DNA of 30,677 bases, taken from assembly GCF_009805595.3 (NCBI RefSeq), contig NZ_VMQO03000003.1, positions 1 to 30,677 on the forward strand. Direction: 5' to 3'. Position 1 is the stretch's first letter. Each line of letters opens with the position of its first letter. This DNA is from Candidatus Tremblayella phenacoccinincola. GTDB lineage: Bacteria > Pseudomonadota > Gammaproteobacteria > Burkholderiales > Burkholderiaceae. This document shows positions 26,121 to 30,677 of this stretch, in pieces. Position numbers and translations under genes: made by a program. The notes beneath the pieces are model-generated. The model searched no databases. It was given only the letters and a program-made list of their open reading frames with translations, and had not been told where the DNA came from.

Positions 26121-28775
26121 TCAAATAACCATAAGCCATACACCATCAGCTATCTTAGAACCTGATAATGGAGCTTTATCTTTAACAATAGATGAACTAA
26201 TAGAAATACTATTTAAGTTAGCTAAATAGATATATATAGAAACAACTTCTTTATATACAGAATAGTAATCATTTGAAATAGGTCTTGTTAATAGAATAGC
26301 TTTATTAAACCAAGCTATAGCTAATTCCTTTCTTATTGTTCTTATCATTGTAATTAGTTTCTTAACCCACTCAATAGAAACAAAAGAGCTTTTAGCAATA
26401 AAGTTATTGTTATATGATGGAGCAGTTTGAATAACAATACTATCTTCAGTTCTTTTATCTAATAAAGACCTAATATTAACCCAGATAAGCTCTGTAATAA
26501 ATGGAACTATTGGATGAGCTAAACGCAATAATAATTCTAAAGCTACCAATAAAGTAAAACAAGTGCTTTTAGATTTCAAAGCATTACCAGAACAAATAGC
26601 TATCTTAGAAAACTCTAAATACCAATTACAAAGCTCATTCCAAACAAAGAAGCATAAAGTGGAAACAGCTATATCAAATCGATAGTTATCTATATATATC
26701 CGAAAGGACTTCACAGCTTCATTAAGCATATGAAATAGCCATTTATCAGTTAAATATAGGCTTTGTTTCATTAGGAGATGTTCATAATGCCTATGGATAT
26801 CTTTAACATTAATTAAAACAAACCTACTAGCATTCCATAACTTATTACAAAAGCTTCTATATTCTTCCAACCTGTCCATATCCCAATGCATATAACGACT
26901 ATTAGAAACTAAAGACACTAAAGCAAAACGTAATACATCAGCGCCATATGCTTTTATTCCAAAAGGAAACTGCTTTTTAGTAGCTTTTGTAACTTCATTA
27001 TATAGTTTAGAATGCATCATATTATTAGTTCTTTTTATAAGAAGTTCTTTTAGAGAAATACCATTTATTAAGTCTATTGGGTCTATAGTGTTTCCTTTAC
27101 TTTTAGACATCTTATTTCCAGCTTCATCTTTTATTAGACCAGTAATATATACAGTTTTGAAAGGCAGTTGTGGTTTACCATTATTAGCTTTAACAAAATA
27201 AATAGTAAACATAATCATACGGGCAATCCAAAAGAATATTATATCAAAGCCACTAATAATTATACTAGTAGGATGAAAAGCTTTTAGTTCTTTATTATAG
27301 TTAGGCCAGCCAAGACTAGAAAACGTCCATAATGCTGAAGAAAACCAGGTATCTAATACATCGCTTTCTTGTTTAAGAGTGAAGCTATTTTTCAAGCTAT
27401 AGATTATACGAACTTCTTTTTCATTATGACCAACGTATGAGAAACCATTATTATCATACCAAACAGGAATTCTATGGCCCCACCATAGTTGTCTAGAAAT
27501 GCACCAGTCTTGAATATTAGACATCCAACTAAAAAACATATTCTCATATTGTTTTGGGATAATCTTAATCAGGTTCTTATTAACGAAGTCTACAGCTTTT
27601 TTAGCTAGGCTAGCAGTACGAACATACCATTGATTAGTTACCATAGGTTCTATAATAATGCCACTACGATCTCCATAAGAAGCTAATGAGGCATAGGTTA
27701 TTTTATTATCTAATAAGCTTAAACGCTCAAGCTCAGATATAACCAATTCACGAGCAACAAACCGTTCTAAACCATGGAATACATTAGGAATATAAATGCT
27801 ATTAAAGTAACTGCTTTTAGCCCAACTAAAAAGAAGGCCTTTCTTACGAATAAAACACTCTTTAGTAAATATTTCTATCATAGGCAAATAATGACGTTTA
27901 CCTATCCGAAAGCCACTAAAGTCATGGGCAGGTGTAATAGACATACATTCTGCTTCTTTAAACATAGCAACATAATTATCAGAAATAACTGGAATACGTC
28001 GCTTTACTAATGGTAAGTCTACGCTTTTATTAATTAAGCTTCTATATCTAGATTCTTTTGGGTTAACAACTAAACAAGCATCACCAAATATAAGTTCTGG
28101 ACGTGGGTTAGTTACTACTAAATAATCAAGACCATCTAATACAATTCCAACTTCTAATGGGTATCGTAGATACCACATAAAGCTTTTCACATTACGGGCT
28201 TCTACTTCTAAATCAGAAATAGCAGTTCGTAGTTTAGGGTCCCAGTTTACCATATATTTATCTCGATATATCAACCTATTTTCATATAGCTTAATAAATG
28301 CTTCTTTTACAGCAAAGCAAAAGTCAGAATCCATAGTAAACCGAGATCGAGCCCAATCAATAGAATTACCTAAACGACGCATTTGGTTATATATTATGCT
28401 AATATATTTTGAAACCCATTTCCAAGACTCAGCTATTAAACAACAACGCATATAAACAGTTACGCTTTTATAGTCAGAATATAACTCACGCTCAACTAAT
28501 AATTGAGTAGCAATTCCCGCATGGTCAGTGCCTACTTGCCATAAAACAGATATTCCTTGCATACGTTGATATCTTATAAGAATGTCCATAATTGTTTGCT
28601 GAAACCCATGACCTAAATGTAAAAGACCAGTTACGTTTGGTGGTGGTATTACTATAGAATAACAGCTTTTATATTCAACATTATCTATGGCAGCAGATAC
28701 CTTAAAATAATCCTTTTCTTCCCACTTTATAGCTATAAGCTGTTCAATAGGTTTAGGACAATAGGCTTTTATCAT
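26121..28775 (-). CDS. valS: valyl-tRNA synthetase (C-terminal coiled coil missing)
   Basis: PPPNVTGLLHLGHGF (HIGH) and KMSKSKGN (KMSKS). 884 aa versus 951 aa in E. coli; it ends about where the E. coli C-terminal coiled coil begins. Confidence 0.95.
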   Translation of the reverse strand: MIKAYCPKPIEQLIAIKWEEKDYFKVSAAIDNVEYKSCYSIVIPPPNVTGLLHLGHGFQQTIMDILIRYQRMQGISVLWQVGTDHAGIATQLLVERELYSDYKSVTVYMRCCLIAESWKWVSKYISIIYNQMRRLGNSIDWARSRFTMDSDFCFAVKEAFIKLYENRLIYRDKYMVNWDPKLRTAISDLEVEARNVKSFMWYLRYPLEVGIVLDGLDYLVVTNPRPELIFGDACLVVNPKESRYRSLINKSVDLPLVKRRIPVISDNYVAMFKEAECMSITPAHDFSGFRIGKRHYLPMIEIFTKECFIRKKGLLFSWAKSSYFNSIYIPNVFHGLERFVARELVISELERLSLLDNKITYASLASYGDRSGIIIEPMVTNQWYVRTASLAKKAVDFVNKNLIKIIPKQYENMFFSWMSNIQDWCISRQLWWGHRIPVWYDNNGFSYVGHNEKEVRIIYSLKNSFTLKQESDVLDTWFSSALWTFSSLGWPNYNKELKAFHPTSIIISGFDIIFFWIARMIMFTIYFVKANNGKPQLPFKTVYITGLIKDEAGNKMSKSKGNTIDPIDLINGISLKELLIKRTNNMMHSKLYNEVTKATKKQFPFGIKAYGADVLRFALVSLVSNSRYMHWDMDRLEEYRSFCNKLWNASRFVLINVKDIHRHYEHLLMKQSLYLTDKWLFHMLNEAVKSFRIYIDNYRFDIAVSTLCFFVWNELCNWYLEFSKIAICSGNALKSKSTCFTLLVALELLLRLAHPIVPFITELIWVNIRSLLDKRTEDSIVIQTAPSYNNNFIAKSSFVSIEWVKKLITMIRTIRKELAIAWFNKAILLTRPISNDYYSVYKEVVSIYIYLANLNSISISSSIVKDKAPLSGSKIADGVWLMVI

Positions 28776-28903
28776 TTCACTTTTAACTAATTTATTAAAT
28801 AATACAATGTAATATATAGGTTTAGTAACATATAAAAACCATTTATTTGCAGTAGAATGTTTTTATAATTCTTTACTTAATGGTTTAACAAGAGGAATAG
28901 TTT

Positions 28904-29046
28904 CCCCCCCCCTCCTCTAACCAAACCCAAACCAAACTCTCAACACTCTCTCTCTCTCTCTCTTTCTCTTTCTCATTCTCAATCTCAACCTCATTCTCAT
29001 TCTCATTCGCTTACCTTCCCCTCAAACCCCACAACCCTCCTCCTTT
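28904..29046 (+). repeat. about 143-bp polypyrimidine/A-C low-complexity tract with a single G: C9, CCAAA-like repeats, (CT)8-9, CATTCT repeats
   Basis: Direct reading: C9 at 28904-28912, (CT)n at 28946-28963, CATTCT x2 plus CATTCG at 28992-29009. The only G is at 29009. Confidence 0.9.
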
Positions 29047-29069
29047 TATATTAAAAGAATCAGAATCAT

Positions 29070-29141
29070 AGACTATGACTGGGCTTGAACCAGCGTCCTC
29101 AACGTTATGAGTGTTGCGCTCTACCACTGAGCTACATAGTC
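29070..29141 (-). tRNA. tRNA-Met (anticodon CAU, elongator type inferred from operon context)
   Basis: Reverse complement GACTATGTAGCTCAGTGGTAGAGCGCAACACTCATAACGTTG...: acceptor GACTATG/CATAGTC, no initiator features. Third gene of a leuW-glnU-metU-like cluster. Confidence 0.75.
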
Positions 29142-29168
29142 GAATAGCTAGTTGGTACCAGGGTTTTG

Positions 29169-29239
29169 CTGGAGTACCAGGTTTCGAACCTGGGATCGAA
29201 GGGTCAAAGCCTTCTGCCTTACCACTTGGCCATACTCCA
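29169..29239 (-). tRNA. tRNA-Gln (anticodon UUG)
   Basis: Reverse complement TGGAGTATGGCCAAGTGGTAAGGCAGAAGGCTTTGACCCTTC...: U1:A72 and discriminator G as in E. coli tRNA-Gln. Confidence 0.9.
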
Positions 29240-29245
29240 AATATA

Positions 29246-29328
29246 TGCGGGAAACGAGACTTGAACTCGTATACCAATAAGATACTAGATCCTAAACCTA
29301 GCGTGGCTACCTATTTCACCATTCCCGC
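29246..29328 (-). tRNA. tRNA-Leu (anticodon UAG)
   Basis: Reverse complement GCGGGAATGGTGAAATAGGTAGCCACGCTAGGTTTAGGATCTAG...: long variable arm, T arm ACGAG-TTCAAGT-CTCGT, acceptor GCGGGAA/TTCCCGC. Confidence 0.88.
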
Positions 29329-29391
29329 TAGCTTCATAAACATAATAAGCTCACAACAAGTCCCCCATAAACCTATAAGAAGAAGACCCCC

Positions 29392-29595
29392 ATGAAAAAG
29401 CACAAGCATCCAAAATATAACAATATAAAAGCTATCTGCTCTTGCGGTAATATAATAAGTATTCATTCTACGTTAAATAATAACATAACTATAGACGCTT
29501 GTAATAAATGCCATCCATTCTATACAGGAAAGCAACGCGTTCTTGACACAGCAGGAAGAGTAGAACGTTTCAACAAAAGGTTTAATAGAAGCTAG
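29392..29595 (+). CDS. rpmE: 50S ribosomal protein L31
   Basis: MKKHKHPKY..., [18 protein letters not shown] and [10 protein letters not shown] match E. coli L31 (67 aa). Confidence 0.95.
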   Translation: MKKHKHPKYNNIKAICSCGNIISIHSTLNNNITIDACNKCHPFYTGKQRVLDTAGRVERFNKRFNRS

Positions 29596-29670
29596 AGTCC
29601 CTAACTAGCTGGATAGAAGGTGGTCAAACCAGAAGATAAGTAGTTAACCCCTTTTCTGCTGGAGGAGTAT

Positions 29671-30677
29671 ATGCGGTTCTTAGGTATTGAAACTTCTTGT
29701 GATGACACTGGAATATCCATAGTTGAACAAAATAAAGACTTAATAATAAGCTGTATATATAATCAAATAAAAGCCCACATAACTTATGGCGGAGTTGTTC
29801 CAGAGTTAGCATCTAAAAAGCATCTAGAAGTAATAATAAAGTTAATTAAAAAAGCTATAATAAAACCTAAACTAAGTATAAAAAGTCTAACTGGGTTGTC
29901 ATATGATGCTGGTTCTGGAATGTTTGGGTCACTGCTTATTGGAACAACAATAGGATGTGCTTTAGCTTATTCATTAAATATATCTTCTTTAGCAATAAAT
30001 CATTTAGAAGGCCACATATTAACCCCAATGCTAAATAACTCTATTAACTTCCCATATATATCGCTTATTGTATCTGGAGGTCATTCAGAGTTACTTTTAG
30101 TAGATAAGCTAGGAATCTATAAGCTCCTAGGAAAAACAATAGATGATTCTGTTGGAGAAGTATTTGATAAAACAGCGAAGCTATTAGAATTATGTTATCC
30201 AAGTGGCATTTCTTTATCAAATATAGCAAAAGCTGGAATACCAAATGAATATCTATTACCTTATCCAATGCTAAATAAACCAACCATAAACATTAGCTTT
30301 TCTGGTCTAAAAACATTAGTAACAAATATAATAAAAAAGGAAATAAAGACAACCCAATCAAAAGCGAATATTGCAAAAGCACTTGAAGATACAATAATAA
30401 AAGTATTGGTAAATAAATGTAATAAAGCACTAGCTTCTAATAATGTTAATAGATTAGTAATAGTAGGAGGAGTAAGTGCAAATGAATCCTTGAGAGCCTA
30501 TATGAAAGTCCTAATGAAGTCTATAAAAGGAACTGTCTATATTTCAGATATAAAGCTATGTTCAGATAATGGCGCAATGATAGCCTTCACTGGTTTAAAT
30601 AAAAACAATTCTATAAACCCCATAAAAAACAAAAGCTTATCAATTCTAATAAAAACAACCTGGTGTTTAGGCTATAA
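29671..30677 (+). CDS. tsaD: tRNA N6-adenosine threonylcarbamoyltransferase, 3'-partial (runs off the window)
   Basis: Not in the supplied ORF track because no stop is reached. ATG at 29671 with GGAGGA 5-10 nt upstream. MRFLGIETSCDDTGISIV, GGVVPELASKKH, INHLEGHIL, LIVSGGHSELL, DDSVGEVFDKTAKLL and VGGVSAN are Kae1/TsaD motifs. Confidence 0.9.
   Translation, partial: MRFLGIETSCDDTGISIVEQNKDLIISCIYNQIKAHITYGGVVPELASKKHLEVIIKLIKKAIIKPKLSIKSLTGLSYDAGSGMFGSLLIGTTIGCALAYSLNISSLAINHLEGHILTPMLNNSINFPYISLIVSGGHSELLLVDKLGIYKLLGKTIDDSVGEVFDKTAKLLELCYPSGISLSNIAKAGIPNEYLLPYPMLNKPTINISFSGLKTLVTNIIKKEIKTTQSKANIAKALEDTIIKVLVNKCNKALASNNVNRLVIVGGVSANESLRAYMKVLMKSIKGTVYISDIKLCSDNGAMIAFTGLNKNNSINPIKNKSLSILIKTTWCLGY

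Noticed and set aside
29011-29395. 88-aa (-) and 94-aa (+) ORFs
   Set aside because: Both are read through the tRNA-Met/Gln/Leu cluster; the tRNA folds explain the sequence.

Overview
AT-rich (about 27-30% GC by eye), gene-dense window that reads as part of a strongly reduced gammaproteobacterial chromosome of the insect nutritional endosymbiont type. The genus cannot be assigned from sequence alone; a Portiera/Evansia-like organism is only a guess, prompted by the Pseudomonas/Halomonas-type LysC. Supported content: six aminoacyl-tRNA synthetases (tyrS, alaS, hisS, proS, glnS, valS), groES-groEL, prfA-prmC, rplM, rpmE, tadA, rluD and a 3'-partial tsaD. There are also 11 tRNA genes in E. coli-like mini-operons (ileT-alaT type, aspT-trpT type, serV-argV type, leuW-glnU-metU type, plus Val-GAC and Ile2-CAU). 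Biosynthetic genes are hisG-B-H-A-F-I, lysC, panB, cysG and pykF. I see no mobile elements, CRISPR, defence, toxin or secretion systems, and no convincing novel multi-gene system. The interesting content is genome erosion and architecture: (1) the his operon has a clean hisD-hisC deletion, a decayed HisB phosphatase domain and no HisE domain. (2) cysG is split at a T5 run, pykF lacks its C domain, argH survives as a 34-codon stub, panB is orphaned and rplM has no rpsI. (3) A 5.9-kb block (panB-alaS-tRNAs-groESL) is bounded by a perfect 14-bp inverted repeat, and its strand composition looks opposite to its flanks, suggesting an inversion. (4) hisS is bracketed by a 33-bp direct repeat that copies the 3' end of rluD. 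(5) Six C9-C10/G9 homopolymers sit in nearly G-free polypyrimidine spacers, some directly in front of start codons that lack a Shine-Dalgarno. (6) Many spacers, and one coding site, carry short tandem duplications. All composition statements are by-eye estimates and need computation.
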